DNA of 64,000 nucleotides from Mobula hypostoma (GCF_963921235.1 NC_086097.1:160210001-160274000), one strand, 5' to 3'; shown: positions 22,773-36,692, numbered from the stretch's first letter. Made by a program: numbers and translations. Notes: generated from the sequence alone by a model not told the origin.

Positions 22773-24837
22773 TAGACTTAGATTAGGAGAATGGGTAAAC
22801 AAGTGGCAGATGAAATATTGCGTCGGGAAGTGTACGGTCATGCACTTTGGTAGATGAAATGAAAGGCTTAATTATTTTCTAAATGGAGAAAAAATACAAA
22901 AACCTGAAGCACAAAGGGACTTGGAAGACCTTGTGCAGGATTCCCTAAAGGTTAATTTGAAGGTTGAGTTAGTGGTGAGAAAGGAAACTGTGATGTTAGC
23001 ATTCATTTCAGGAGGACTAGAATATAAATACTTCTGAGGTTTCACTTGGAGTATTGTGAGCTCTTTGGGGCCCCTTATCTTAGAAATGATGTGCTGAAAC
23101 TGGATTGGAGGTTCATGTAAGTTATTCCAGAACTGAACAGCTTGTCATATGAAGAATGTTTGATGGCTCTGGGCCTGTATTCACTGAAACTCAGAAGAAT
23201 GACGGATGACCTCATTGAAACCTGTCGAATGGTGAAAGGCCTTGATAGAGTGGATGTGGAGAGGATGCTTCCTATGGTAGGAGAGTCTAAGACCAGAGAA
23301 CACAGCCTCAGAATAGAGGAGCATCCTTTTAGAATTGAGATGATGAGGAATTTCTTTAGCCAGAGAGTGGTGAATCTGGGGAATTCGTTGCCACAGGCAG
23401 CTGTGGAGGCCAAGTTTTTGTGTATATTTAAGGCAAAAGATAGATTGTTGATTGGTTAAGGCATAAAGGGATATAGGGGGGAAGGACAGGAGACTGGGGC
23501 TGAGAGGAAAAATTGATCAGCCATAATGAAGTTGCAGAGCAAACTCAATGGCTAAACGGCCTAATTCTGCTCCTGTGTCTTATGGTCCACATAGATGCTG
23601 CATTTTTGCAAATTCTTGGCACTATTGTTTGCATTGAAATAAAACCCAATGTCTCTCAGAGCAAATTTGTTTTCAGAAACAATATATAGGTAAGGAAATG
23701 GAGAATCATATCTTCGGCTCAGTTTAAATCAACTCTTTTTAGCATTACTGTTAAAATAAAAGTTACAAGATGTATACAGCACTGAAGCTATCTAAAGTAT
23801 TTTCAAAGCCTCACAATTTTCCAAAGTTCTTTACAAAGAAGTGGATATTTTCAATCTATAACATACGAAGTGCAGTATTTAATTTTTTACTCAGTAGTAC
23901 AAAGAATGCTGTCACCATTACCTCAGACAACTGGAATAGGTGATAAATTCTGGTATTGCCCATACCATGAAAAATAATTAAATAAAATGAAAAACAAAAA
24001 AATACTGGTCAGAACACAAAAGATAATAGCCTTGCTTATCATCTAAATAATGCTATGCACTCCATTCTGTCTTTCTGAGACAAAAGATACTGCACTAGTT
24101 TATTCCTCTGTTGAGAGAATCAAATTCCTTCTATCCTTTCTGTATTGGTCTTCATAATTTTAATGACAACAATTATCCCTTGCCCTTTGTACACATCATT
24201 CTAGAAGAAACAATACAACCTTTTCAATATTTCCTCAAAGCTAATATGTTCAATTTAACAGTACAATACATATTCTGCATTCCAATGAAATATTAACCCA
24301 TGGTTGGAAGCTTCAGCAAAGTACATTCTGATTCAAAGATGAGAGCACTACCGTTGAGTCGAGGTGGTCTGCAAAAAAAAGGTTAAAATTAGCTGTCTTA
24401 ATTTATTTTAATAAGTTTTATTGCAGGTTCATTCTGGAGATCTCCAGGGATGTCTAGATTTTAGGATGATAAAAATGATTCTAAATTTTTTAATGGAAAT
24501 TGCTCAGCATACAATATATAAAGGAGATTTTTCAAAGAATTTCACATACCATATATCGTAGCAAAAGCTGATTACCTGAATAGTTTTGCAAATTCATCCT
24601 CCATCAAATTATAATATACAAAAAAAACCCTTGCGGAATATAACTGGAAATTCATAGTGCATCAGCAAAATCACTTCTTAATAACGAGGACAATATTTCT
24701 CCCTATTTCATTTTTCTCCCTTCAGATACAAGTTACAAATCTGAAACTGAAACTCAAAATTCTTGCCTACAAGCATTGGTCCCATGATTCTCTGCCATCT
24801 TCAGTGGCAGCCAAACAATGTGGATGTCATTAATCGT

Positions 24838-27250
24838 ATAACATATAGCCATATAAAATTACAGCACGGAAACAGGCCATCTCGGCCCTTCCAGTCCATG
24901 CCGAACTCTTACTCTTACCTAGTCCCACTGACTTGCACTCAGCCAATAACCCTCCATTCCTTTCCTGTCCATATATCTATTCAATTTAACTTTAAATGAC
25001 AACATCGAACCTGCCTCAACCACTTCTGCTGGAAGCTCGTTCCACACAGCTACCACTCTCTGAGTAAAGAAGTTCCCCCTAAACTTTTGCTCTTTAACTC
25101 TCAACTCATGCCCTCTTGTTTGAATCTCCCCCACTCTCAATGGAAAAACCCTATCCACATCAACTCTATCTATCCCCCTCATAATTTTAAATACCTCTAT
25201 CAAGTCCCCCCTCAAACTTCTACGCTCCAAAGAATAAAGACCTAACTTGTTCAACCTTTCTCTGTAATTTAGGAGATGAAACCTAGGCAACATTTTAGTA
25301 AATCTCCTCAGTACTCTCTCAATTTTATTGACATCTTTCCTATAATTCAGTGACCAGAACTGTACACGATACTCCAAACTTGGCCTTACCAATGCCTTAT
25401 ACAGTTTCAACATTACATCCTAACTCCTATACTCAATGCTCTGATTTATAAAGGCCAGCATACCAAAAGCTTTCTTCACCACCCTATCCACATGAGATTC
25501 CCCCTTCAGGGAACTATTCACCATTATTCCTAGATCCTTCTGTTCTACTGCATTCTTCAATGCCCTACCATTTACCATGTATGTTCTATTTTGATTAGTC
25601 CTACCAAAATGTAGCACCTCACAATTGTCAGCATTAAATTCCATCTGCCATCTTTCAGGCCACTCTTCTAACTGGCCTAAATCCCTCTGCCAGCTTTGAA
25701 AACCTATTTCATTATCCACAACTCCACCTATCTTAGTATCATCTGCAGCCTTACCAATCTAATTTTCAACCCCATCATCCAGATCATTAATATATATGAC
25801 AAACAACATTGGACCCAGTACAAATCTCTGAGGCACACCGCTACACACCGTCCTCTAATCTGACACACAGTTATCCACCACTACTCCCTGGCGTCTCTCA
25901 TCCAGCCACTGCTGAATCCATTTTACTACTTCGATATTAATGCCTAACAATTGAACCTTCCTAACTAACCTTCCATGTGGAACCTTGTCAAAGGCCTTAC
26001 TGAAGTCCATATAGACAACATCCACTTCTTTACACTCGTCAACTTTCCTAGTAACCTCATCAAAAAATTCAAAAGGTTTGTCAAGCATGACCTTCCACGC
26101 ACAAATCCATGTTCCTAATCAGACCCTGTCTATCCAGATAATTATATATACCATCTCCAAGAATATTTTCCATCCATTTACCAACCACTGACGCCAAACT
26201 CACAGGCCAATAATTGCTAGGTTTACTCTTAGAACCCTTTTTAAACAATGGAACAACATGAGCAATACGCCAATCCTCCAGCACCATTCCCATTTCTAAT
26301 GACATTTGAAATATTTCTGTCAGAGCCCCTGCTATTTCCACACTAACTTCCCTCAAGGTCCTAGGGAATATCCTGTCCAGACCCAGAAACTTATCCACTT
26401 TTATATTCTTTAAAAGATCTTTAATCATCATACTTTCCATAACTACCCTTCTTGTTTCCTTTACCTTACACAATTCAATATCCTTCTCCTTAGTGAATAC
26501 CGAAGAAAATAAATTGTTCAAAATCTCCCCCATCTCTTTTGGCTGCGCACATAGCCATCCACTCTGATTCTCTAAGGGACCAATTTTAATATAAATTGCT
26601 ATTAATATAACTGTAGAAACCCTTTGGATTTATTTTCACCTTACTTGCCAAAGCAGCCTCATATCTTCTTTTAGCTTTTCTAATTTCTTTCTTAAGATTC
26701 TTTTAAATTCTTTATATTCCTCGAGCACCTCATTTACTCCAAGTTGCCTATATTTATTGTAGATACCTCTCTTTTTCCAAACCAAGTTTCCAATATCCCT
26801 TGAAAACCATGGCTCTCTCAAACTTTTAACCTTTCCTATCAAACTAACAGGAACATAAAGATCCTGTATCCTCAAAATTTCACCTTTAAATGACCTCCAT
26901 TTCTCTATTACATCCTTCCCATAAAACAATTTGTCCCAATCCACTCCTTCTAAATCCTTTCACATCTCCTCAAAGTTAGCCTTTCTCCAATCAAAAATCT
27001 CAACCCTGTGTCCGGTCCTATCCCTCTCCATAATTATATTGAAACTAATGGTATTGTGATCACTGGACCAGAAGTGGTCCCCAACACATACCTCCATCAC
27101 CTCCCCTATCTCATTCCCTAGTAGAAGATCCAACACTACCCCTTCTCTAGTTGGTACCTCTATGTATTGCTGCAAAAAACTATCTTGCACACATTTTACA
27201 AACTCCAAACCATCCAGCCCTTTTACAGAATGGGCTTCCCAGTCAATTAC
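24838..27250 (-). mobile_element. CR1 LINE (subfamily B), 5'-truncated in APE
   Basis: Minus ORFs 24919-27283 closely match the proteins at 2550-3047 and 6793-8505; same tail type. Confidence 0.93.
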
Positions 27251-28394
27251 CTCCCACTTCCCTTCCCAAAGCCATTTTCTCACATTTTATTTTATCTACA
27301 TGATAGTGAACATTTCAGCCCAGATCCTGAATCAGGACTGATGCAGCATCTTGACCCACAATAGAGTCATACCATATTGATTTATATTATTAATGCAACT
27401 CAAGATTTTGTTAGCTCTTCCAGTTTCTCCACACATTTGTGAGTCTTCAGTGATTGTTGCAACCAGTATTACATGATTTTTATTTCTCCAGGATCAGAAA
27501 ACTCTACTAACTACAGAATGGAAATCTTTACTTTTATAGTAGCAATGAACTATTCTCAAATTTCATGACAAACAAATGCATTTCAATAAGGTGCCCAGGA
27601 TCCTTAATAAATGCAGTGGCATGATTCCTCGCCAGAATTCTAAAGCCCGTTCCGACCTGTCCAATCTGTCTATAATTCCTAGTAATTCAGTGCAATGTCA
27701 ATGGCTTCATAGGGAACAGATGCTGGCATACAATTACCTATTGGATGGAGTATTGGCAAATGTGAAGGTGAACATCAATCTTTGTATTGTTGTCATAAGA
27801 GACTGAGATTTGCTCTCTTTCCACCAGAGAAAAATAATTTACATTTAGTAATTTGGTTCTCTGCCTGTTTGGATTGGTAAAGAAGCAACCAAGGTACAGT
27901 CCGCATTTTATTTAACATGCTTACTTTCTTCCATATTTGCTTACGATATAAATTTGTTCTGAAAAATGTGTAAGCAGACTATGGGCATTCTCGCCCCATA
28001 CCCATCTTGGTAGTGAAGTTTTATCCATTATCTATACTTATGTAGCACTTTTCCAGATAGAGTTTCACTTTGCTTTTTAAATTAAACCACTGAGAATCTA
28101 CAATCTTATCTTGCCTCAGTTGATGGAGCCCACTGCTGAATTTAGAGTTTTAATTTATTGTGAATAACTTGTTCTGATTCTCAGATTTCTGAAAAGGAAA
28201 ATAGCATAATATTACAATTCTGTAGTGTTATCATTTTGTATCTGGTAGCATTTGCTATTTTTCAATTTTTGACATATTTACCATACAAATTTAGAACAGT
28301 ATTAGGCCACACATCCTCTTCAAGCTGCTTCACTACTTAATAAGAGCATGGTTGATCTGATTCCACAGTGACTTTCAACCCCCTTACTTATCTT

Positions 28395-29165
28395 ATACAA
28401 GGTATTGGTGAGACCACGTTAGGAATATCATGTTCAGTTTTGGTCACCCAGCTAGTAGAAAAGATGTTATTAAGCTAGAAAGAGTACAGAGAAAAGTAAG
28501 GAGAATGTTACCAGGACTCAAGGAAGTGAGTTATTGTCATTTGTGGGATTTTATTCATTGGAGTGTAGGAGAATGCGGGATGATTTTATAGAGGTGTATA
28601 AAGTTATGTGGGGCATAGACAGGGTCAATGCACATTGCCTTTATCCCAGGGTTGGGAAGCAAGAACTAAAAGTTCAAGAGGAGAGGGGTAAGACCTGAGG
28701 GGCAGCCTATTTACCTAAATGGTAGTCAGTATACATCAGCACTGAAGGTTCCCGAGTTCGAATCCAGTCGGGCCGCTCCCGGGCACGCTTTCCATCTGTG
28801 CCGGGTTGAGTGTCAAGCTCGCAACTCGACCTCAGAAAAAAAAAGCGCTGTGAGAAGGACATTGGGGGCCACTCACAGAATCTTTCCTCCAAGACAACCA
28901 CTTGAAAAAAAGTGGTCGCCGAGGCTCTGGCAGAGAATAGCACACAAAAAAAAACGTCAGTGTATGGAATGAGGTGCTGGAGGAAGTGGTTGAGGCAGAC
29001 ATATTACTAATGTTTAAAAGGTACTTGGCAGGAACATGAAAAAGTAAGATCAAGGGCCAAATGCAGGCAAACAGGACTAGCTTAGATGTGACTATTGGTC
29101 GGCATGGACCAATTGGTCCAAGGGTCTGCTTCTTGCTGTATGACTCTATAACTCCATGACTCGTA
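28395..29165 (+). mobile_element. Old CR1 3' fragment with a SINE insertion
   Basis: LYKVLVRPR-type remnant; (CTATGACT)n-like tail at about 29138-29162. Confidence 0.75.
28734..28955 (+). mobile_element. tRNA-derived SINE with an A tail
   Basis: Pol III B-box GTTCGAATCC at 28756-28765, CpG-rich body, A9 tail, flanked by gtcagtata / gtcagtgta (TSD-like). Confidence 0.75.
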
Positions 29166-29217
29166 CATGCTGTACGCTGTATGAGAATGGGAATGAGAGG
29201 GATAATAATCCAAGTCT

Positions 29218-31870
29218 TTCCATTAGTGAGACTTGGTTGCAGGAGGGGCAGGACTGGCAGCTCAATATTCCTGGGTTCCGTTGTTTTGAAGGGACAGAGT
29301 GGGAGGGATTAAAGGAGGAGGGGTGGCAATACGAGTCAGGGAAAAAGTCGTAGCTGTGGTCAGTCAGGACAGACTGGAGAACTCAATAGCCAAGGTTTGT
29401 TTCGGGAGGCATTACAGGTGCAACTGAGTAATAAGGAATATATGACCACATTCATGGGACTGTGTTACAGACCACCCAACAGTCCGAGGGATTTAGAGGA
29501 ACAAATTTGTAGAGAGATTGCAGACTGTTACATTAGGTGATTTTAAATTTCCACATATTGACTGGGAGTCCCATACTGTAAAAGGACTACAGTATGGGAG
29601 AAAGTCTGTCAAACCTGTTCAGTAAAGTTTCCTTAATCAGTGCGTGTAAGTCCCAACAAGAGAGTGTGCAACACTTGATCTGCTGCTTGGGAATGAGACA
29701 GGGCAGATGACCAAAGTCTGTATAGGGAAAGGCTTTGCATCGAGTGATCACAATGCCATTAGCTTCAAAGTAAATATGCAAAAAGAAAGGTCTGGTCTAT
29801 GGGTTAAGAATCTAAGCTGTAAAAAGGCCAATTCTGATGGCAACAGAGAGGATCTGGCAAGTATGGATTGGGACAGGAGTTTTATGGCAAGGTGTACTTA
29901 GTAAGTAGGAGGCATTCAAAGGTGAAATTTTGAGAGTACAAAGCTTGTATGTGACTGTCAGAATAAAAGGTAAAGATAACAGGTGTATGCAGTCTTGTTT
30001 TTCCAGAGATATTGAGGCTCCGGTTAAGAAAAAAAAGGAGGTGCATAGCAGGTATTGGCAGGTGCGAACAAATGAGATACTTATAGAGTATAAGACATAC
30101 AAGAGAACACTTAAGAATTAAATCAGGAAGGCTAAAAGAAGGCATGAGTTTGCCCTAGCAAGCAAGTTGAAGGAGAATCCTAAGGGATTCTACAGATATG
30201 TTAAGTGCAAAAGGATTGCAAGGGACAAAATTGGTCCGCTGGAAGATTAGAATGGTAATCCATGTGTGGAGCCAAAACAGATGAGGGAGATGTTAAATAA
30301 TTTTTTTTGCATATTTACTCAGGAGATGGACACTGAGTCTATAGAACATCAACTTTATGATTCTTATACAGATTACAGAGGAGGAGGTGTTTGCTGTCTT
30401 TATGCAAATTAGGATGGATAAATCCCCAAAGCCTGACAAGGTGTTCCCTCGGACCCTGCGGGAGACAAATGCAGAAATTTCCGTGACAATAGCAGAGATA
30501 TCTAAATCACTCTTAGCAACAGCTGAGGTCCCAGAGAATTGAAAGATAGCCAATATTGTTCCGCTGTTTAAGAAAGGCTCTAAAAATAAACCAGAAGATT
30601 ATAGGCCAGTGAGCATGATATCAGTAATGAGAAAGTTATTGGAAGGTATTCTAAAGGACCGGAAATCAGAGTATTTGGATAGACCTGGGCTGATTAAGGA
30701 TAGTCAGCATTGCTTTGTGCATGGTAGGTCATGTATAACCAACCTTATAAAGTTTTTCGAGGAAGTTAACAGAAAAATGGTTGATGACAGGGCAGTGGAT
30801 GTTGTCTTTATAGACTTTAGTAAGGCATTTTTCAAGGTTCCGCATGGGAGGTTGGTCAAGAAGTTTCAGTTACTCGGTGTTCAAGATGAGATAGTAAATT
30901 GGATTAGACATCGGCTTTGTGGGAGAATGGTAGTAAGTGGTTGTCTCGCTAACTGGACGCCTGTGAATAGTGGAGTGCCACAGGGGTTGGTGCTAGGTCC
31001 ATTATTGTTTGTCACCTATACAGTATTAATGATATGGATGATAATGTGGTAAACTGGATTGGCAAATTTGTAGATGACACCAAGATTGGGGGTATAGTGG
31101 ATTGCAGCAGGATCTGGACCTGCTGGAAAAATGGACTGAAAAATGGCAGATGGAATTTAATGCACACGAGTATGAGGTATTGAACTTTGGGAGGAACGAC
31201 CAGGGTAAGTCTTACACTGTGAGCGGAAGGGCACTGAGGAGTCTGGTAGAATAGAAGGATCTGGAAATACAGATCCGTAATTCCTCAAAACTGTTGTCAC
31301 AGGTAGATAGGGTCATGAAGAAAGCACATTGGCCTTCATAAATTAATGTATTGTATACAGAAGATGGAAAGTTAAGTTGAAGTTGTATAAGTCATTAAAG
31401 AGGCATAACTTGGAGTATTGTGTGCAGTTTCGGTCACCTACCTACAGGAAAGATGTAAATAAGGTTGAAAGAGTACTGAGAAAATTGACAAAGATGTTGC
31501 TGGGTCTGGAGGACCTGAGTTATAAGGAAAGATTGAATAGGTTAGGACTTTATTCCTTGCAATGCCAAAGATTGAGAGGAGATTTGTTAAAGGGATACAA
31601 AATTATAAGGTGTTTTGATAGGGTAAGCACAAGCAGGCTTTTTCCACTCAGGTTGGGTAGGACTACAACTAGAGGTTACAGCTTCAGGTGAAAGGTGAAA
31701 TGTTTAAGGGAAAGATGAGGGGAAATTTCTTCACTCAGGGTTGTTAGAGCGATGAAAGGGATGCCAGTGTAAGTGCTGGATGCAAGCTTGAGAAGGTAGT
31801 TTAAATAGTTCAGCACGGACTAGATGGTCTGTTTCTGTACTGTACTTTTCTATGACTCGACTCTATGAAT
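29218..31870 (+). mobile_element. Older CR1 LINE ORF2 (APE and RT), degraded
   Basis: ISETWLQEG, SSDHNAI, DFSKAF, SGVPQG, LEYCVQF; ctatgact tail. Confidence 0.88.
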
Positions 31871-32534
31871 CGGCCATGATGGAATGGCAAAGACTCAATG
31901 TGCCAAATGATCGAATTCTCCTCCTATATCTTATGGTCTTAGAATTCTAAGCACATAATTATTTCTACCTTAAAAATGTTCAGAGACCAAGATCCAGCAC
32001 TCTTTGATGAGGGGAGGTCCAAAGACTCACAACCCTCAGAGAGCAAAGGAAACCACAACATCTCTGTCCTTAATGCTGTAAAACGCCATAACTTATTTTA
32101 AAATATTGACTCCTAGTTCTAGATTTTCCCCCAAGAGAAAGAAGTCTCTCCACTTCCACTATGTCAGGACTTTTCAGCATTTTATATGAGCCACTCACTC
32201 TTCTAAACACCAGCAGACCAAGATTTACAAGAATTTTTTGGAATGAAAAACAATCAGACCATTTCATCTCCACCTAGGAACTTAAAATCCTATAACATGG
32301 AGTCAAAGAATTATACAGTGCAGAAACTGGCTCTTTGCCCTACCAAATCAAACACCCATTTACACTAATCCAATACTGCTCACATTCAATTTTGCTTATT
32401 TCCAGGGATAATTCCTTGGATTTCCTTGGTTTAGTTATTCCTTGGAATAACTAAACCAAGGAACATTATGGCACAGGAAGCCATTTGCTTCTTTGTGCTG
32501 TGCAAGTGGGCACTCATGTTCATCACCCCTCAGC

Positions 32535-33150
32535 TTTATAAGACACTAGTCAGGCCGCACTTGGATTATGCAATGCCGGCATTCAGGCTGTACTTGGAGT
32601 ATTGTGAACAATTTTGGGTCCTATAACTCAGAAAGAATGTGTTGTCATTGGAGAGAGTCAAGAGGAGGTTCACAGAGATAATTCTGAGATTGAGGGGGTT
32701 AACATATGAGAAGTATCTGGCAGCTTTGGGCCTGTGCCCACTGGAATTTAGAAGAATGAGGGGGAATTTCATTGAAACCTACTGAAAGTTGAAAGGACTA
32801 GATAGGATGGATGTGGAGAGGATGTTTCCCATGGTGGAGGTATTCAGAACTAGAGGGAACAGTCTCAAAATTGATGGGCAACCATTTAGAAGTAAGGAGG
32901 AACTTTGTTGGCCAGTGAGTGGTGAATCTGTGGAATGCTCTGCCACAGACTGCTATGGAGGCCAAGACCAATGAGTATCTTTAAACCGGAAGTTGAGAGG
33001 TTCCTGATTGGTTGGGGCATCAAAGGATATGATAAGAAGGCAAGTGTATGGGGTTGAATGGGATCTGGGATCAGCCATGATGAAATGGTGGAGCGGACTT
33101 GATGGGCTGAACGGCCTAATTCTGCTCCTATGCCTTATGGTCTTATGGCC
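32535..33150 (+). mobile_element. CR1 3' fragment
   Basis: acttggagtattgtgaacaattttgg, KGLDRMDVERMFP; (cttatggt)n tail. Confidence 0.8.
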
Positions 33151-33609
33151 TTGTATCTAAGGGCAGTGAATTCAGTAAAATTGGAGGCAAACTGTGGTTG
33201 CTCCCCATAAAAACCAACCTCTGGGATTTTCAGGAAGGTTTGTGCATTGGCATCTGACACTCCTATCTAAAACACGCAGGAGATTAGTTGTTTTTGAAAA
33301 GTTAGTCTGCCTCTTTGTAACATTGGGTGAACTACCTAAAAGAGGCATTTCCAAAACAGCTTGTAGTGTGCTGGATGAAGGGGAGCATTTTTGGTAAAGG
33401 CCTTGAGGTAACATTGGATCTGCTAATGACCCCATGCTACCTCATGCCAAGTGTTCACCAGAATTGGAATTTCTATCTCATTAAAGTAGACTACTTCTCC
33501 CCCCGCCACCCTCCCATTCCCAATCCCAGCTCTCATCCATGCTAAGTCTTCACAATTCTTTCTGACCTTCCCCTCTCTGAGGCAGAACATTCAGTCCTCA
33601 GTAAGGATC

Positions 33610-33978
33610 TGTAATGTTGAATCAGGTTTGTGAGTTTGGTGAGTGAGACAGAAAACACTGACTGAAAATAAATATATTAATCATTTATTTACAAACAGTA
33701 AAATTTTGACCAAACATTCATGTTCCCCAGATTACAGGAATTACAACGCTGAATATTCGACAAACATACTTAGTTAGCAGCGTGCACAGGGAAAACCTTC
33801 CCAATGGCTGTGCACCGCCTGCCTTAAGCAAAGGAAGAGAGGAATAACCTCCCACAGTGCTCGCTATATACTCAAGTCATTTGAAACTGGACACCAGACA
33901 GCTAACCAATGGGAAAAGCAGCTGCAGTTTCATGACAGAAGCAATTTTCGACAATTAGAATAAACCACTCCCCCCACA
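33610..33978 (-). mobile_element. Putative solo LTR (about 369 bp) inside Penelope
   Basis: TGT...ACA termini; interrupts Penelope sequence; TATA-like and AATAAA motifs on the minus strand; flanks ggatc / ggaca are imperfect. Confidence 0.55.
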
Positions 33979-34635
33979 GGACAGGGCCTCACCTTTGTCC
34001 CTCTGCTTCTACACCTCAGTGAGTTCCCTGCCCACCATGACGTCGAGCTCTTCTTTTGTTGCCTCCGTCTCCATGCCTACTTCTTTAGCAATGACTCTCC
34101 ACTCCAGACCAATGATCCCTTCCCCTGTCTTCAACCCTCCTCTTCTTTTTGAACACCCCACTCTGGTCTTATTGCCTGCTCTGTATCTTTTTATTGTTAA
34201 CTGCTGACAAGACATCAACTGTCTTGACTTTAACACTCCTCTCTCCAATTCTAACCTCACTCCCTCTGAACATGTTGTTCTCCACTCTCTCCACACTCTC
34301 CACACTAATTCTAACCTCACCATCAAACCCGCAGAAAAGGGGGTGCTGTAGTAATCTGACAGACTGACCTCTACCTTCCAGAGGCGAGACAGCAACTCTC
34401 AGACACCTCCTCTTATTTACCCCTTGAACAGGACCCCACTAAGGAACATCAGGCCATTGTCTCCCACACCATCAACAACCTCATTGACTCTGGGGATCTC
34501 TCATCCACTACCACCAACCTCTTACCCTGCATCTCCCATTTCTACCACCTACCCAAGATCCACAAACCTGATTGTCCAGGTAAACCCATTGATTTTGCCT
34601 GCTCCTGCTCCACTGAACTCGTGTCTGCATACCTT

Positions 34636-34925
34636 TAAATCTTTTTATTGAATAAGTATACAAAAAGTAAGCCATATAGACACTAATGCACTGTTAGAAT
34701 ATAATAAAATTACAGAAGATATTAATACAAAAAAAATACTACAATATAATTTAAACATAACATACCAAGGTAACATAATAGTATACTAATTTTTATATAC
34801 ATATCAATAGAGAAAAGGAAAAAAAAAACCCCCAAAAAAACCCACCATGCAACTAACTAAAAGCAAAGCAAAGCAATGGGCTAACTTGAAACCAAACAGA
34901 GTTAAAAAACTTAAAATCACGTCCA
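34636..34925 (-). mobile_element. 5'-truncated L1/Tx1-like 3'UTR insertion with a 15-bp TSD
   Basis: gtgtctgcatacctt at 34621-34635 and 34926-34940; insert is T-rich on the minus strand and ends caataaaaagattta. Confidence 0.75.
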
Positions 34926-36654
34926 GTGTCTGCATACCTTGACTCTGTTTTATCCCCCTTGATTCAGTCCCTTCCTACTTACATCCGTGACATTTCACAC
35001 ACGTCCGATCTTCTCAATGACTTTAAGTTCCCTGGCCCTGATCATCTCATTTTTGCTATGGGTGTTCAGTCCCTGTACAGTCAGGGACCACATCAGAAGG
35101 ACCTTAAAGCTCTCCACTTCTTTCTAGATATCAGACCCAACCAGTTCCCATCCACTAGCACTCTCCTCCACCTGGCGGAACTGTTCTTCACCCTACTGGG
35201 TTCCTCCCACTTCCTTCAAACCCAAGGTGTACCCATGGACACCAACGTGGGTCCCAGCTATGCCTGCCTTTTTGTTGGTTATGTCGAACAATCCATGTTC
35301 CGGGCCTACATCAGTATCGCTTCCAACTCTTACTATGCCACATTGACAATTGCATTGGTGCTGCTTCCTGCACCTACAGTATGCTGAGCTCATCAATTTC
35401 AGCAACTTTGTCTCCAACTTCCACCCTGTCCTCAAATTTACTTGGTTCATTTCTGACACTTCTCTCCTCTTTCTGGATCTATCTTGCTCCATCTCTGGTG
35501 ACAGTCTATCTACTGATATATTTTGTAAACCCACTACCTGGACTACACCTCTTCCACCCTGTCACTTGTAAAAATGTCATTCCCTTTTCTCGGTTCCTCC
35601 ATCTCTGCTGCATCTGCTCTCATATGGATGAGGCTTTTCATTCCACAACAACAGAGATGTCCTCCTTCTTCAAAGAAAGCGGCTTCCCTTCCTCCATCAT
35701 CAACATTGCCCTCGCCCACATCCCTTCCATTTTGTGCACATCTGTCCTCACACCAAGCTCCTGCCACCCCACCAGGTATAGGGTTCCTCTTGTCGTCACC
35801 ATATGTCTCCTCATCCAGCATTTAATTCTCCATAACTTCCATCATCTTCAATGGGATCCCACACCGTACATTTTTCCTTTCCCCCACTCTCCACTTCCTG
35901 CAGGGATCACTCCTTATCTGATTCCCTTGTTCATTCATCCCTCCCCACTGATCTCCCTCTTAGCAGTTATCCTTGCAAGCAGAACAAGTGCCACATCTGC
36001 CCCTACATCTTTTCCCTCACTACCATTCATGGCCCCAAACAATACTTCCAGGTGAGGCGACACTTCACTTGCAAGTCTGTTTAGGTCATCTACACAATCT
36101 GGTATTTATGGCGTGGCCTCCTGTACATCGATGAGACCAAACATAGATTGAGAGTCTGCTTTGTCGAACACCTTCGCTCCGTCCATCACAAAAAACATGA
36201 TATCCTGGTGGCCACCCATTTCAGTTCTACTTTCCATTCCAACTCCGACATGTCAATCTCTGGCCTCCTCTACTGCCAGGATGAGGCCACACTCAGGTTG
36301 GAAGAGCAACACCTTATTTTCCATCTGAGTAGCCTCCAACTTGATGTCATGAAAATTGATTTCTCAAACTTCTGGTAATTGCCCTACCCCCTCTCTTTCA
36401 CCTTTCCCCACTCTTGTTTACCTCTCACAGCTTCCCTTTTACCTGCCTATCACCTTCCTCTAGTGCTCCTCCCTTTTCTCTTTCTTCCAAGGTCATCTGT
36501 CCTCTCCTATCACATTCACCCTTTATCTCTTTCACCTGTCAACTTTCTACCTCTTTACTTCACCCCCTCCCCTTCTCCTGGTTTCACCTATCACCTGCTA
36601 CCTTGTACTTCTCCTTCCCTCCCCCCACCTTCTTATTCTGAACCCCTTTCTTTT

Positions 36655-36692
36655 CAGTCCTGATGAAGGGTCAGCCTGGAACATCAACTATT
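36655..36692 (+). ncRNA. Degenerate minimal type-I hammerhead ribozyme relic of Penelope
   Basis: cagtc-CTGATGA-agggtcagcct-GGAAC-atcaact: CUGAUGA box intact, GAAAC/GUC part mutated. Confidence 0.55.

Larger units (their letters stand above)
20755..23590 (+). mobile_element. Older CR1 LINE: ORF1, then a large deletion of APE, then RT to the 3' tail
   Basis: ORF1 motifs (CVQCE, CTELHLL, VCCLPGA, HIGTNE) jump at about 21710 to RT (PPGPDGVH, SGVPQGS, KFGDDTK); tail tcttatggtc. Confidence 0.85.

Noticed and set aside
24706..24833. Pyrimidine tract plus AG, then a frame ending ...VAAKQCGCH*, reminiscent of TGF-beta/BMP C-termini
   Set aside because: No upstream CC or other cystine-knot cysteines, an in-frame stop near 24612 and no other exons found; probably chance
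28741..28775. tRNA-like T-arm GTTCGAATCC
   Set aside because: No full cloverleaf or A-box; followed by a SINE body, A tail and TSD
36379..36663. Pro/Ser/Leu-rich ORFs here and at 47013-47396
   Set aside because: Low-complexity pyrimidine tracts of Penelope 3' regions that lack stops for compositional reasons
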